NCBI GenBank assembly: GCA_964016885.1
Contig: OZ024741.1
Coordinates: 285,758,001-285,822,000 of the forward strand
DNA: 64,000 nt
Direction of reading: 5' to 3'
Source of the DNA: Eledone cirrhosa
Taxonomy: Eukaryota
Shown here: positions 29,725-45,849 of the stretch, one piece after another
Layout: every line of letters begins with the position of its first letter
Numbering within the stretch: position 1 is the stretch's first letter
Position numbers and translations under genes: made by a program
The notes under the pieces: generated by a model
What the model was told of the DNA's origin: nothing
What the model saw: only the letters and a program-made list of their open reading frames with translations
The model's database searches: none

Positions 29725-31046
29725 ATGTGTGTGTGTGTGTGTGTGTGTATGTGTGTATGGGTTTCTGTGTCCATGGGTGGGTATATAGATACATAACTAT
29801 CAATGCAAGTTCCAAGTTGATAAATATTTACAATATTGTTGGTGCTGATGATAATAAATGGCGATTTTGTTTTCGAAATTGAAAGTAGTGCGTCAGAAAC
29901 AACTAAGTACACTGTAGTCAGAGTATATTTCTTGTAATGTGAACTTAATTTCATTTATCTACTCTATACTATACCTCATGGCTAAATACGGCTCCCTGAC
30001 ACAAATCACAAACTGCAATAAACCCAGCCTTCATCACCGGCTTTACATCTCTTACAATCGGACATTCTATTAATACAATTTTATTCGCTAAGTTCTGTCT
30101 GAAATACATGAATAGAGAGTTGAAATCTTTACTGCTTCTACGTAAAACTAATAATTACAATGTAATGTATTTGCATCTACAATGTTCCTTTTCTTATGTT
30201 TATATGATTCGACACTCCATTTTATTTCATCAAGAGTTATAAATGAACGTTTCCATCGATCTAATATAACTCGTGTATTTCTTCTTCCACTTTTCTGTAC
30301 AAGTTGCCAAACTATTCCAATTAGGGACGTTTCTTATCAAAAAGCTTCGAAGTGCAAAGAAATATCATCTCTTATATCTTTTATCGCTCCTAAATATATT
30401 TGGCTCAATTCTATTCAATGAAAAGAATTCTATCAGCAAGTGTAAAGGGATCTAGATTTGTCTTCCTATATAACTTCAAATGTGGTATATAAAGATATAT
30501 ATAGTCAATAAAGAGCAGCTTTCATATCATATCACACCAATGGCATTACGGAGGTAATTTCTTCCCAAATCATTAATAGCCGAAGAAATCAAAAACCTTT
30601 AAATCTTTCTCAGTGGATTCAACACAGTATTGCCTAAAATTGTTTTAATGAAAACTGTTTTTTTCCCCTCTTAGCGGAGATTTTGCCTAATATGTGACGC
30701 AAATTCGATGAATGATCTTGTAGAAATTAAAAATGAAATATGTTTATACCCAGGGGCCAGATAACGTACTGGTTAACGCCCTCACCAACATTCCGAGAGA
30801 TGTGAGGTTCGAAACATCATAAGCGCCGGTGTCCATTTATTTTTCACCGTTCCAGGGGATGATTTAGTTGGATACTCTCAAATAATATTCAACGTGACAT
30901 AATATTTATACTCATTTACGGTTGGTTAACTACATAGCACATTTCACCATGGTACATAAGTCAACCACATGTTTCTATACACACACATTCACACACAGAC
31001 ACACACAAATACACACACACAAACATACAACCACATTAGCTTACAC

Positions 31047-31154
<108 letters not shown>

Positions 31155-31188
31155 CTTTAAAAAATTATCGCTCTACATGGCTGAATAC

Positions 31189-31366
31189 AATAAATGTAAT
31201 CTCAGTTTTTCGAACATTAATAATAATATTCGATTCGTTTGAAATTATGCAAAGGGCCTCGAATAAGGGGCTCATTCTACTGACATGGCTTTAAAAATGA
31301 GACTGTTTGCATAGTTGCCAACGAATCGAATATTATTATTAATATTCGAACAACTCAGATTACATT

Positions 31367-31368
<2 letters not shown>
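31189..31368. repeat. Imperfect fold-back element between (TA)n tracts
   Basis: ataaatgtaatct...attaataataatattcgattcgtt is mirrored at 31321-31368. Confidence 0.7.
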
Positions 31369-31418
<50 letters not shown>

Positions 31419-32195
31419 GTAATCTGAATATATAAATGTAATCGAATATATTGCTTATGTATATTTTTTATTTTTAATATCTATAATTTATTGAACATGG
31501 CTTGGCCTTTTTTATGGGAAGGGCATGCATTCTCCAGGTTTTTATATTGATTTTCTGAGGATATATATATAATATAGTTTCTACTTTTGGCGCAAGGCCA
31601 CCGATTAACCCAGTGCATCACTGGTACTTTATTTTATCGACCTCGTCAGGATGAAAGGCAAAGTTAACCTTGGCGGATTTGAACGCAAAGGGGCATAACT
31701 CTGTTGCAAATCATGGTGTCTGACGCTCTACCGATACTACCAAGCTCAATGGAGGTTTGTTCAGATCATCAATAATTCAAATTAAAAGATATATAACTAC
31801 CCCAAATAATTAATTTGCTGGGTTGCTTATACTGTGACTAGTTTCTTGCACCGCTTTCTAGCGGATACAACGTCCAGTCTTATTTGCAGCTGTCACAACA
31901 GTTAAAACGTGATTCACTCCATGCAATCTATAGTTTTAGCTGACTCTCTGAGATATGAAGGTATGTTCTACTTTATTGGAACCTATCCAAAGACGATTCC
32001 TCTGTCTATTAATTTCGCGTCTTCCCTAGTTTTACCAAAATAGTTGGTGATGGATAATCGATTAATTAGATTGATTTTTGCCTCTGTTTATGAATTATAA
32101 AATAGTACCGTCAGGAAGATAAGAACTTACCACCTTAAAGTATGTTCATTTTCCTAAATATTATATGCTTTATATAAATATATATCTATGTGTGT

Positions 32196-32405
32196 GAAGG
32201 CGTGTGGCTGAGTGGTTAGAGAAACAGATTCGCAATCATGAGGATGTGAGTTCGATTCCTGGACCAGGCGATGCGTCCTGTCCTTGAGCAAGACACTTTT
32301 ATTTCACGTTGCTACTTCTACCTGGAGTTGCTACCGATAGATAGTATTAGCAATTGGAAAGACCCACGGAAACATTGTTTCCTCGGTCCGATTTGGCGAA
32401 AGTCA
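32196..32405 (+). mobile_element. Second tRNA-derived SINE family (minus-strand copy at 47600-47850)
   Basis: gaaggcgtgtggctgagtggttag (A box), gagttcgattcc (B box), gtccttgagcaagacact core. Confidence 0.75.
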
Positions 32406-32550
32406 ATATGTATATATTTTCTTCTGATGAAAGACTAGCGTTCCTGCTATTTCAAGCGTTGAACTAATATATTCCTTACATATACTGTAGCGAACGTGTT
32501 TTTATTTCTGTTTAACTTTTACATATATAGAAATATATATATATATATAT

Positions 32551-32997
32551 GTAAAAGTTCTATTTAAATTGTTGGGATACAACAAGCAAATATTTTTTTT
32601 ATAACTGATATAAAGGACTCAACAAATAATTGGAGTAAAAACACGATATTAACAAATGGAAACTATATTTATAAAACCATATTTATTTCATTATACATAT
32701 TTTTAGGACACCAAGTTAAATTATGGTGTGCTTTCATCAGATAAAATATAATATAGAGCAGTTTTATAAATAAATATTGACATACCCTTAAAGAATGCAA
32801 CTGTTGGAAGTTCCCGGATAGAGAGCTTCCAACAGTAATGGTTGCATTCTTTAAGGGTATGTCAATATTTATTTATAAAACTGCTCTATATTATATTTTA
32901 TCTGATGAAAGCACACCATAATTTAACTTGGTGTCCTTGAAATATGTATAATGAAATAAATATGGTTTTATAAATATAGTTTCCATTTGTTAATATC

Positions 32998-32999
<2 letters not shown>
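32551..32999. mobile_element. Fold-back HHR element (second, single-arm copy at 44476-44730)
   Basis: ~170 bp arms (32643-32812 / 32825-32999); flanked by (TA)n. Confidence 0.85.
32895..32957 (+). ncRNA. Type I hammerhead ribozyme
   Basis: attttat-CTGATGA-aagcacacca.taatttaact.tggtgtcctt-GAAA-tatgta-TA-atgaaat. The mirror copy at 32684-32746 has GAAA->AAAA; a homologue lies at 44608-44667 (-). Confidence 0.85.
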
Positions 33000-33053
<54 letters not shown>

Positions 33054-33084
33054 GTATATATTGGAAAATGTGTGAAATCCTTGG

Positions 33085-33205
33085 TACAGTTAGGTATATT
33101 TAAAAAAACGGAAAAGGATGACTTCAATTTGATTTAATTTTATAATATTATGATACTATAAAATTAAATCAAATTGTTTAGAACTACAAGTGAAGTCATT
33201 CTTTT
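33085..33205. repeat. Small fold-back family (second copy at 23447-23688, split by a SINE fragment)
   Basis: Shared tacagttaggtatattt...aaaag(g/a)atgacttca...atttgatttaattttata with a mirrored arm. Confidence 0.65.
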
Positions 33206-33318
33206 TATACATACACATATATATTATATAAAGATATATAATGCCATGTATTTCTCTAATGATATATTACTTTTTCTCTATATGTATTTAAATATATCTT
33301 TTAATATCTTTTAATATC

Positions 33319-33387
<69 letters not shown>

Positions 33388-33464
33388 GATTCATCTAAGA
33401 TATATAATATTCTGTTCTTTCATCACAACTAAATAGACCCAGTTCTATTAAATAATTCAGTGCT

Positions 33465-33817
<353 letters not shown>

Positions 33818-33824
33818 ATATATA

Positions 33825-33874
<50 letters not shown>

Positions 33875-34926
33875 AACAATACAAAAATACAATAAGACCA
33901 AAATCGAGAGAGGATTGAAAACCGAAGTTTTATTCCTAATAGAGTACATGCTATAATCAGCTGATATTCCAAAACGTATTCTCAATTGCACAAGGTTGCG
34001 ATTGATTGGAGTTATGAGAGACGAAGAGGGGAGCTCTAGTGAGAAAATTCACGAGAAAACCAATGGAGGTAGGGAATTGGGATAAAACTGGGAAAAAAGG
34101 TATATTGTCACATGGAAGATAAAATAACTAAAGAGTAATACAGTAATAAATAAAGTAATAAATAAAGAGTAATAAAGTAATAAATAAAGTAATAAATAAA
34201 GAAATAAAGAAAGTAATACATAAAGAGTAATAAAAAGTAATAAAGAGCCAAGAGAAAGATAATACCAAAAACAAAAAAAAAAAGAATGGTCACAAAAGAA
34301 AAGGGAAAAGAACAAACTTTGAAAGTAAAAATAAAGGTGTTAAAGCTAGTAGTTGGCACACTAAATAAAATAGAGAGATAGTGAGAAATAAATAAACTGG
34401 CAGAGAGAAGCAACGACATGAAAGAAGGAAATTGGAGATGAATACTATCAAATAGTGAAGTAAAAGTTGAAGAGATACGAAAGAAATAGCAAAATGTAAA
34501 ATGAGAAAAACAGGAAATAAAGAAATAATTTATGAAAATAAATAAATAGAAAGAAGGAAAGGGAAATGTACGTGAAGAAAACTTAGAAGCAAACAACTGA
34601 GTACCTTCTCCCTAAATGGAATTTTCCATATTCTGAAAATGAATAATAGAATGCAGATATTGAGCAGGAAGACGACTTCGGCAATACAAAATGAATTTTC
34701 ATTTAGTCGGCTTCAGTGATAAAGACAGAAATCGCTGCAAATCTCTAATTAAATTTGAAGATATTTTAAGAGATCGGCTATTCTATAAAAATAATTCTGA
34801 ATCTAAAGTATACTTAGAAACCTACAAACAAATACACAAAATTACATACTCATAAACACACATACATACATAAATACACACGTGCATTCATATACATCTA
34901 TATATCCATATATATGAACACTCACA

Positions 34927-35034
<108 letters not shown>

Positions 35035-35068
35035 TGTACGTATATATATGTACGTATATAGCTATATA

Positions 35069-35127
<59 letters not shown>

Positions 35128-35140
35128 ATGTACGTATACA

Positions 35141-35173
<33 letters not shown>

Positions 35174-35178
<5 letters not shown>

Positions 35179-35346
35179 CTACCAAAATATACGGTAGTGT
35201 CCAATCCGTATGAAGAACGCAATGTAATCCAAATATCATGAAAAGAGAACATGCATTCAAAAATTTTCGATGAAAATCATAGGAAAACAGAATCAAGATA
35301 AATTAATAAAGACAATGAAATAAAAACAAAGAGCAAGTTCCTTATA

Positions 35347-35350
<4 letters not shown>
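35174..35350 (-). mobile_element. Diverged family B 3' fragment
   Basis: Reverse-complement similarity to 17335-17512 (tacggtagtgtccaatccgtatgaagaac); lies between (TA)n tracts. Confidence 0.75.
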
Positions 35351-35413
<63 letters not shown>

Positions 35414-36361
35414 GAGTGCCATACGCCGGCATTAGCAACAAAATAGAAAGCAAGAAAAACATATAGATGAATGTATGTATATAGACATATATTTATGTTA
35501 GTATGTGGTGTCGAAACACACGCTAATACACACACAAACAACCACCATTATACTATAATACTCAAGGTAAATGGTGTGTTTACAAAACACCGCTTTTACC
35601 TTTTAGTGAATCAACATTTGCTATTGACAGCGACGATAAATGTATTTTATTAAACAGACACAGGAAAACATATTTTCATTTCAGAGAGACCCACACATGA
35701 TCTTAATCTTTCAGTTAATTCATACGTGCTTCTCATGAAGAAAATGATACACAAAGGAATTGTATATGTGGCTATTCATATTATTTCTGTAAAATTAGTT
35801 GTAAGGTAAGCTTCTCATAAATAAAAGAAACGATATAGACCCATTTAATGAGGCAGCAATAAATAATTGAGTCCGTTTTACAATTTGGAGTCTGGTTTAA
35901 CCAGATTTGCAGTTCGTACCGCTAGAGTTACAATATGTTTATTAATTATATGTAAATGGGAAAGGGGTATATTGTCAGTGTCGGTAGACCGTCTGACGAA
36001 CTGCTTTGTTGTATTTAGGTAAAACTGTCTTCTGTTCAAATTTGCAGTCTACCTTTCCGATATCGTTAAATTGAAGCATCCAACAAAAACAAACATCACG
36101 TAGAGAAGGGATACTGGTATGGATGGGTGGGTGCAGATTTTTGCTTCAAAAGGGAACCTTCTAGATGCAAATCCTATAGACTTTCGCGACCAAAGGGGGC
36201 TTTACCTTATGTATGTACACCCCCCCCCCCCCACACACACACACATATATATATATATAAATATTGTAATATGTATTTTTTCATTTAAGTATCCAGTACA
36301 AATATACCAAATATACAACGTGAATTTATTATATAGTTGCTTCTTCTCCTTCTTCTTCTGG

Positions 36362-36393
<32 letters not shown>

Positions 36394-38074
36394 GTGTTGG
36401 TGGTGGTGGTGGTGGCGGGTGGGGGGGGGGGGGGGGGGTTGGTGGTGGTGTCGGTGATGCTGATTAGGAAGCTGCAGACTCTGACTATTACGGGTATCAA
36501 CAGTAAAGCAACAATTACGATTATGATGGTAATGAAATAGTCTACGACGAAAATAACAATAACAATATGGTTGGCGTTGTTGCTGTTAGGGCAACGAAAA
36601 TGATAATGATCATTGTTTCGGAGACATTAACTCTACCATACCCAGCATCTTGCAACAGTATCTCCATCTGACAATCTAAGAAAGTGGAGAATGTGCCAGA
36701 TTTGACGTGATATATAATCACCATTATTTCACTGCCACTGGTGCTGTTGCTGCAAACGAGAACAACGAGGATGTCAGTATGCAGGATGACAACGGGTACG
36801 AAAACGAAGAGTGTAGATAGAAATGCTGAAGAGTAATTCTTTTTCTGACATCCTTCTATAGAGACAGATACATAGCAATTTTTGCCGTGCCTGAGGGTAA
36901 TATCTCAATTATATTTTAAAATCTTTTACATCAATTTTAATTTTTTTAATTACAATATCCATGATCTGAGCAAATTCCTATTGGGATAAATACAGAAACC
37001 AATTAGTTTTATTCACCCTCCATAGGATTCAGTCTTTGTTTTAATCATTTAACCAATTAAATATTGTGACGTAATTATTCATTTTATGCCAAATTAATGA
37101 GAGACGTTGCTATGTTTTCAAGTGTCTCATACTGAAGACATTATAGCTAATGTTTATATCTAACATTTGCACAGGGCCGCAAAATTCTGAAATTTAAACT
37201 TAATTGTGTGTAAGATTATATAAAATATAAACAGACTCTTCCGTGTTATGTTTCCTAATTCATAATTTTTCCGACCAAGATTAGTGAGTTAATTGCCTTA
37301 CCTGGGATACAAAACTATGATGTTATATACTATGCTTATGTGGACGTTCTCGTTAAACATTAATTACTTCATAAAATCACAATTTTATTTATTAATGTCA
37401 TTAAAGATAACCTCAGATCACATGCAGAATGCATCTAATTTCCTCTCGTTGTACTATTGCTCCGATAGTTTAATTATATTTATAATGAAATATAATGATT
37501 AATTATTATTTTATTCGTGAAAACAAAAGGGATATATTTACTCAAAGACTGTAGAAATCAGAGGAGAAAAGAAATTTGAAATAGTGATAGCTGATTAATC
37601 AATTAATTATTTAATATAATTGGCAGACTTACGGAAATAAATTTAAAAAAAAGATTAAACATTGCAAATAAAATCACTGTAAATTTTAATGTCTTATGCT
37701 TTAAAAGTTATGTTTGAAGAACGAAATAGAACTGTCTATTATATTTTGATTTCTCTTTGAATTTCTGAAAATAGTTAATGAATTTACTGGAACGTGAAAA
37801 GTAATAGACATCATTCTATGGACGTATGACGTGACATATGAACCAGTAATTTTCTGTTGCTGCACTACGTTAGATTTTATAGTATGAAATGTAGAAAATA
37901 CGTGAAAAGAATACAGCATTCTAGATAACTAACTACAATGGCACTTACACATACCTACACAAACACATGTACGCACACACATAGACAAATAAACAATAAA
38001 CGCTTGCAACTTTCACAATAACTATGTCACAGCAACATTCCTGCTTATATTTTGTATTATCGAAACATACAAAT

Positions 38075-38970
38075 AATAATTGTTTCTACTTTTGGCACAA
38101 GGGCAGCAATTACCCAGTACATTACTGGTACTTAATTTTATCGACCCCGTAAGGATGAAAGGCAAAGTTAACCTCGGCGGGATTTGAACTCAGACCATAA
38201 AGGGCCGTAATTCTTGCTGCAAAGCATGGCGTCCGGCCCTCTACCGATACTGCCAATCCACAAATAATAATGCCTTTAGTTTGTAGCAGTAGTACATATT
38301 TCTCTCTTTGTGTATGAATATAAAATTGACAGCTTCCACGCTTGGTATTTTGAGAATGGATAAGAAATTGGTGAAAACAAGTAAAGTAAATAATTGTTTC
38401 TATTTTTTTGCACAAGGCCAGAAATTACCCATTGTATTACTGGTACTTTATTTATCGACACCGTAAGGATGAAAAGCAAAGTTAACCTCGGCGGGATTTG
38501 AACTCAGAATGGCAAGGGCCGTAACTCTATGCGTCAAAGCATGGTGTCCGACCCTCTACCGATACTGCCAATCCACCAATAATAATGATTTATATTAAAG
38601 AAAAGGCGGACAATTTGCGGAGAGAAGAAAGTCGACTAAACTACCTCAGTATACGAAAGTTACTTTGTTCTATCGGCCATTGAAAGATGAAACAAAGTTG
38701 GCTTCGGTGAGATTTGAACTCAGAAAGTAAAGAATCGAAACATATATTGCCAAACATTTGATCGACGTGCTACAGATTCTGGCATTCCACCATCCTAATT
38801 TAGACAAAGAGGAAACAATTTGGAGTGAGGGGAAAGTGGATTAAATCAACTCTAGTGCGTCACTAGTACTTTATTTACCGAGCCGATATGGATTCAAGGC
38901 AACGTTGAGCTCAGCATGATTTGAACTCATAGTTCGGTGTACTGAAACTAATGCTGGAAAGTATTCTATC
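38075..38970 (-). mobile_element. Tandem cluster of tRNA-derived SINEs (Nin-domain-like core)
   Basis: Minus strand: A-box tggcagtatcggt, B-box gagttcaaatcc, core gcctttcatccttacggggtcgataaaat..gtaccag, tail gccttgtgccaaaagtagaaacaattatt. Two young and two older copies. Confidence 0.85.
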
Positions 38971-39045
38971 CGGTACATATCGACTACTACACCTACATCA
39001 TTTACCGGTATGTGGACGACGGACGCCGTCAATGTGCAATCAACG

Positions 39046-39091
<46 letters not shown>

Positions 39092-39236
39092 GTGTGTGTG
39101 TGTGTGTGTGTTTGTGTGTTTACAGGGCTTCCTCAAAATCACCTAGGTATACGAAGTCAAACCTTGTGCATTTTTATCAGGTGCACTCTTAAATTCCTAT
39201 GGGTATACATATACACACACATACACACACACACAA

Positions 39237-39324
<88 letters not shown>

Positions 39325-40243
39325 TACAATTATATATATTTGCATGTATGTATGTATGTGTGTGTTTCCGATTCTTCAGTAGGATTCAACATCTAAATAG
39401 TTTTCACCGTGTTTGCTACGGAGTTTATTTTCAAAATAGCAAAATATAAATTACACAACAAACCCCATATTTCATTAGGTCAGATTCTAAGCAATCAAAG
39501 TTAGCTGACGTCTAAATGTATCTGACCATTACCGTTTGAATAATTATTGGTAAAGTAAACAGGAACGCTTGTCATTATTGCTTATTCTAGTAAACTAAAG
39601 AAGTCTACTGATTGGTCTTCCTTGTACTCACATGTTAGATTCAAAATAGCTATCTAAAATCGATAGCCGTTTGAATAGATTAAAAATACCTTCATAGATA
39701 TGATTGGTCACTGGTCCTCTTTGATGTAGCATGTGTGAAGTCTGAATGACTGTATTACTTCTCAGTTTCTGTCCATATACTCTTTGTTATGAATGGTCTG
39801 GTCTACAATTAGTTTCAGTGGAAGTAGGAAACGGTGTTTGGTATCTACCTATTTAACCTTAATGACTGTTAGTTACTTTTAGTTGGAATCAGCTTTGAAT
39901 AATGAGTAATATAGACTATGCTGAAAAGAACGTTAGGAATATACAAAGACATACAGATGATTGATATACTGACACGATACATTTACAAACAGAGGGAATT
40001 ACTGTAAATATCTAAATATATGTTTTTATCGTAGGCTTTCTGTGTTGTCTATAAACTGATGTTGTCAATATATGCATGCATAGTACCATAACGCATGGGG
40101 GTGTTAAGCTCGCTGTATTGACATACATGGGCATTTTCAAAACTGCTGGAGCCCAATCCTCTCCATGTCTGAATACAACAGATTTCTTTCAAAGAAGGAA
40201 AGAGAGAGAGAAAGAGAGGGGGGAGTGAGAGAGAGAGGGTGAG

Positions 40244-40323
<80 letters not shown>

Positions 40324-41768
40324 GAAGTAAGAAAGAGATATTAGAGGAAGAATTGACCCCAGTGCTAGAATGGTACATTTTTATTGGCCTCAAAAGGAAG
40401 TAAGGCAAAGTTGACTTCGACGGGATTAGAACTCAGGGAACAAAAAGCAGAAAAGAATACAGCAAAGGATTCGATCCGACGTTTTAGTAACTCTGCAAAT
40501 TCGCCACCTGATGTTGTCTATATCGATACCATTTATAACATAGATAACGTAAGGTATTTCAGATTTTACTGTCACCTTATGTTTCTTTGACCAATTAGCT
40601 TAGCGGTGCTCATATATATTTTAGTTACATCCACATGAGAAGCTGAACTCAATATTTAGAGCATTGGAAATATGAAAACATTTTACATTTAGAATGTTAT
40701 CACATCTAATAACTCCAAATTGATTATAAACTTCGATACATCATTACAGACATTTGGGCTTAGCTATCTGCATCGATATAGAATATTCATACACATTCGC
40801 GTTTAAGTTTTTCTATGATTGAAATTAAAATAGTTGTACTTTAGATAAGTGATTGTTTGGAAATGAGTGGTAACTTCGATCCCAGTTGATTCTAGTTAAT
40901 TATACTTTAGTTACTAAAAACACCGTTACGGACCAGTACTTAAAATACCTACTAGACTTAGCAGTAAAATAATCTTCAAGCCGTCAACCACCATCACCAC
41001 CACCACCAACACCACCACCACCACCACCACCACCAGACGTCCAAAGACTACATTGAAAAGTATATTCCTTGATATACATAATGCTTACCTTGAAAGGAGA
41101 AGGGCTCCGCCAGATTTAATAATGCGCTAGAAATGCGGTATGTCAAAACGTTGCCCCTCCGACTCATGCATACATAATTTCTCCTACAGGCACATGACCA
41201 GCGAATTTGGAGAAAGGGGAAGTCGATTAAATCGACCCTAGTCCGTCACTGGTACTTTATTTTATCGACCCCGTAAGGATGAAAGGCAAAGCTAACCCCA
41301 GCGGCATTTGAACACAGAACGTCAAGAGCCGTAACTCTATGGTAATTTTTTCTGGAACACCATTAAACGTTTCTCTACTCAGTTGAAACTGGCTTGGAAT
41401 TAAACAACAAATAACCTTTAGGAAAATCAATTCATAAATATTGTCCCCTAGATGGAATCAATTTTGTTATTATTTTATACTACATGTTTGGAAATAAATG
41501 TTATACTTTGCTTTCAGTTAAATGCACGTAGATGTAAATTCCTTTGAGACCCAGAGCCTCCTCTATCGAAATGAATTGAAAACTCAGGCATTATTATTCC
41601 AGGCAATTTATTATATTTCGGGGGAATGCTTGAGATACCACTGAGTGCATTTGGAAGGGTTGACATTTGTTTTTATACTAGGTTGTTTCTCTTATTGCGT
41701 GTTGAAGTCCATACCTCACACATGCGTTGTGTATTTGTTTATTCAAGCTAACATTAATACACACACAC

Positions 41769-41888
<120 letters not shown>

Positions 41889-42205
41889 ACGTATAAATTA
41901 GCATAGCTGACAAGATGTCGAAAAGGATTTGGTCCCCATCTTCTTGATTGTACCCTGAGCTGACCGATATCGAAACAATTGTAATATACCAATAGTTTGC
42001 ACTTATGCTGCAACACTAGCTTTGACTCTTCTTAATCTATTTACACTCTGCAACCTACAGACTCTGGAATACAACCAAAAGGAGACAGACCTTGTAACAG
42101 CATTGAGTGCTTTGAACGCCGCCCTACCTGAAACTTTAGTTACACACCTAGCTAACACACACACACACACAAACACAGACACACACACACACACACACAA
42201 ACACA

Positions 42206-42349
<144 letters not shown>

Positions 42350-43127
42350 ATTCGTTTTTGAATGTGTTTCGCGCGATTTCTTATCTGAAAACGTGTGTTG
42401 AAACAGATATTGTTATATTTTGGGAGCGTCATGTTGCCAATAAAAATACAGGCACCTGTTGGTTTTCACTTCAATTTATTATACGTTTCCGGCTGGATGG
42501 TTGGCTCGATAACCGGAAGTTTGTTTATATATTGTCAAAGCTCTTTCGTCACACATTCTGTGACCTGCTCAGTGACTATTTTTTTTTTATTTAGTGTGTC
42601 TCTCCTTCATTCTGTCCTACCCCATCAGGTGAGTGTGTTTTTAATTGGGGGCATGCCCCTCCCAAAGTATAACTATATATATATATATATATATATGTAT
42701 GTACGAACGAATATATATATACTGCGAGCAATACCAATATGAGCACTCGATGCACAGGCTGAGTGTATATGTTAGATTAGATTCAGATTGAGAAATAATG
42801 TCTGAAACAAGTACTCATGTAATGGACATGAGTTCAGAGAAATCATACCTACGACAATATATAAATGTTCATTTAAAGTTATTTTCTCTGCTAAAGTACA
42901 ATATCTTCATTTTTACCCTTTTTTTCTGATGTATTATTCATTCCATCAAAGGCTAGAATAGATTATCGAATGAATTTCTAGAGGAAACATTCCATTATTT
43001 CTTGTTATCATAGTATCATAGTGTTGCTAAAAATTTAAGTCTCGTAAACTGAATACGAAACATCAATGAAAACAGTATTGGGAACAGGTATAACACACAC
43101 ACAAATATATATATATATATATGTATG

Positions 43128-43178
<51 letters not shown>

Positions 43179-43184
43179 TCATTC

Positions 43185-43336
<152 letters not shown>

Positions 43337-44103
43337 ATATATACTTATGTTGTAAAGATACTATTTTCTAGCAAAGCGTTACCTATTTGAAACGAGATCG
43401 AAATTATTGACTACAAACGCAATAAATACAATATCAACAATGAAAACAACATGAACAACAAAAGAGAGAAAAGAATAACAGCAAAAATAAAGATAAATCG
43501 CGTGTTATGCTACAAAGGGTAATATCAAAAAATGTAAAACAAAAAGGATGATTATCTTTGAACTTGTTGATCAAAGATAAAGGCCTTTAACTTTAATATT
43601 TTTTTCCTGATTGTATTCATCTATAAATACAAGAATGGTTTCAACATCTCAAACATTTCACGCATTTAAGGTTAACAACGGAACAAAAGATGCTTATTTC
43701 TTATCTTTTTTTGACTGCCTTAAGTTTAATTATCTATTAATATCCTAAAATATAATGTTTCAAACCAACTACAAAGACGACCCGTGGTGTAGCCTCATAT
43801 ACTCCTATCGACACCCTATTTATTAGCATCCATCACACTTCAATGTTTTCCTCTCTAGATTTGACAATAGTACGTACAAACATCAACGAGGATACATATA
43901 AGTTACATAATAAACGGTGTGGATTACACCAATCTGATAAGCTGGGAATATTTATGAATCCTATTCCACTTCTCGCTAAGAGCCGAATTGTATGATACAG
44001 TTATATCTGAATAAATACAGAGCGGTTAACCGAGACTACATCAACGTGTATATAAATATAAACGTATCTCATATATATACGTGTAAACATGTATATATGT
44101 ATA

Positions 44104-44153
<50 letters not shown>

Positions 44154-44169
44154 TACATGTAAACATGTA

Positions 44170-44259
<90 letters not shown>

Positions 44260-44387
44260 TTTAAAGCTTGTAATAGCAGGAAGAGAGCCTTAACCTTTCG
44301 GATAGTGGCCCTTCATCAGGAAATAGAGTTAGAAATAGAATATAAATAGAAAGTAAAGAATGATGAGAGGAAGGAACGGGGAAATTA

Positions 44388-44475
<88 letters not shown>

Positions 44476-44478
<3 letters not shown>

Positions 44479-44730
44479 AAAGTTCTATTTAAATTGTTTG
44501 GATACAACAAGCAAGTATTTTTATAACTGATATAAAGCACTCGACAAGTATTTGGAGTATATATACGATATTAACAAATGGAAACTATATTTATAAAACC
44601 ATATTTATTTTATTATACTTATTTCAAGGATGTTAATAAATATGGTATGCCTTCATCAGACAAAATACAATATATACCAGTTTTATAAATAAACATTGAC
44701 GTACCCTTTCAAAATGCAACCGTTACTTTT
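44476..44730 (-). mobile_element. Diverged copy of the 32551-32999 family retaining the CTGATGA...GAAA hammerhead core
   Basis: Collinear with 32551-32800; begins at (TA)n. Confidence 0.8.
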
Positions 44731-44909
44731 GGAAAACATCAGGATAGTGGCTTTGTTTATTTTAGTAAGTCGTTATATATACATATTGGTAGTTGTACAG
44801 ATTGAAATTTTAAGCAATAAATTCCCATCGCATATCGTGAGTTTTTTAAGACCTGCTAATATTTCCAATTTCATGAACACAAGTTATTGCCAGAAATTCC
44901 ACCCATGTT

Positions 44910-45365
44910 AAAGATCAGAGATGTGAGAATATCCCACGATATATATTGAGTATCTTTGTGTTGAATACGAACAATAAACCAACAAAAAACCACATTGATT
45001 GGTTTATGGTCTGAAAATGGAGGGAAAATAGTACAGGCATCACCCAGACGCAGTTATATGAGGCGAGAATGTGACAATCCTATGGGATTTCCATGTGAAC
45101 ATTGACTGAACAATCAAGGCCAACAAACCTGATATAATTGCGAAGGACCATAATGAGAAAATGTGTTTCTTAATAGACATGAGTATTACATCAGATAGTA
45201 ACATCTCTTCGAAAGAGTTCGGAAAGCTCAGTAAGTATAAAGATCTACCAATTGAAATTGAGAAAATGTTTCACATTAAAACCTGTACAATACCAGTGAT
45301 AAGTAGGTGCATTTGGAATGATAAAGAAAATATTTGGACCAGATACCTGGAAAGATACAGAAAAC
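44910..45365 (+). mobile_element. R4/Dong-clade LINE endonuclease fragment
   Basis: ENVTILWDF..TIKANKPDII...CFLIDMSI...SKEFGKLSKYKDL.IEIEKM....TIPVI. Confidence 0.78.
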
Positions 45366-45849
45366 ATAGCGGCATCATTTGTATGATAATTGATTCTAAA
45401 ACGTGTGTATTATCAAATTTTGCTTCCTCGGGTGTCAAGTTGACACTCGGCATCATTTGGGGAAAGAAGTAAAATTCAAAAGAATTTTCAAATATTAATA
45501 ATAATCATCATCAGCAAAAGCGTCTAGTATAGGATTCGCTCCTGTTAGTTTGTTGTTTTTTCACATATCTTTTGCTATAATCCTTTAAAAAAGAAGATTC
45601 TATAATATTTGGACCTTTGAATCACACATTTGATTTTATATTCTAAATTTGCACACGGAAAAAAATATTCAGAAATGGATGCACTCACTCCATCTTCCTC
45701 TACTGTACAGAACAACTGAAAAAGGCCAATGTCACCACAATCACTACCAGTCCCACTAACATTATTATAGATATCACAAACACGTCCATCGCCACCAACA
45801 ACAAAACCAACATAGTACAAACTAGTTACAAAACAGAATGATAATAATA

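Noticed and set aside
32196-32275. tRNA gene
   Set aside because: A/B boxes are present but no complete cloverleaf; continues into a SINE core.
42385-42425. CTGAAAA...GAAAc hammerhead
   Set aside because: Core mismatch and poor stems I/II.
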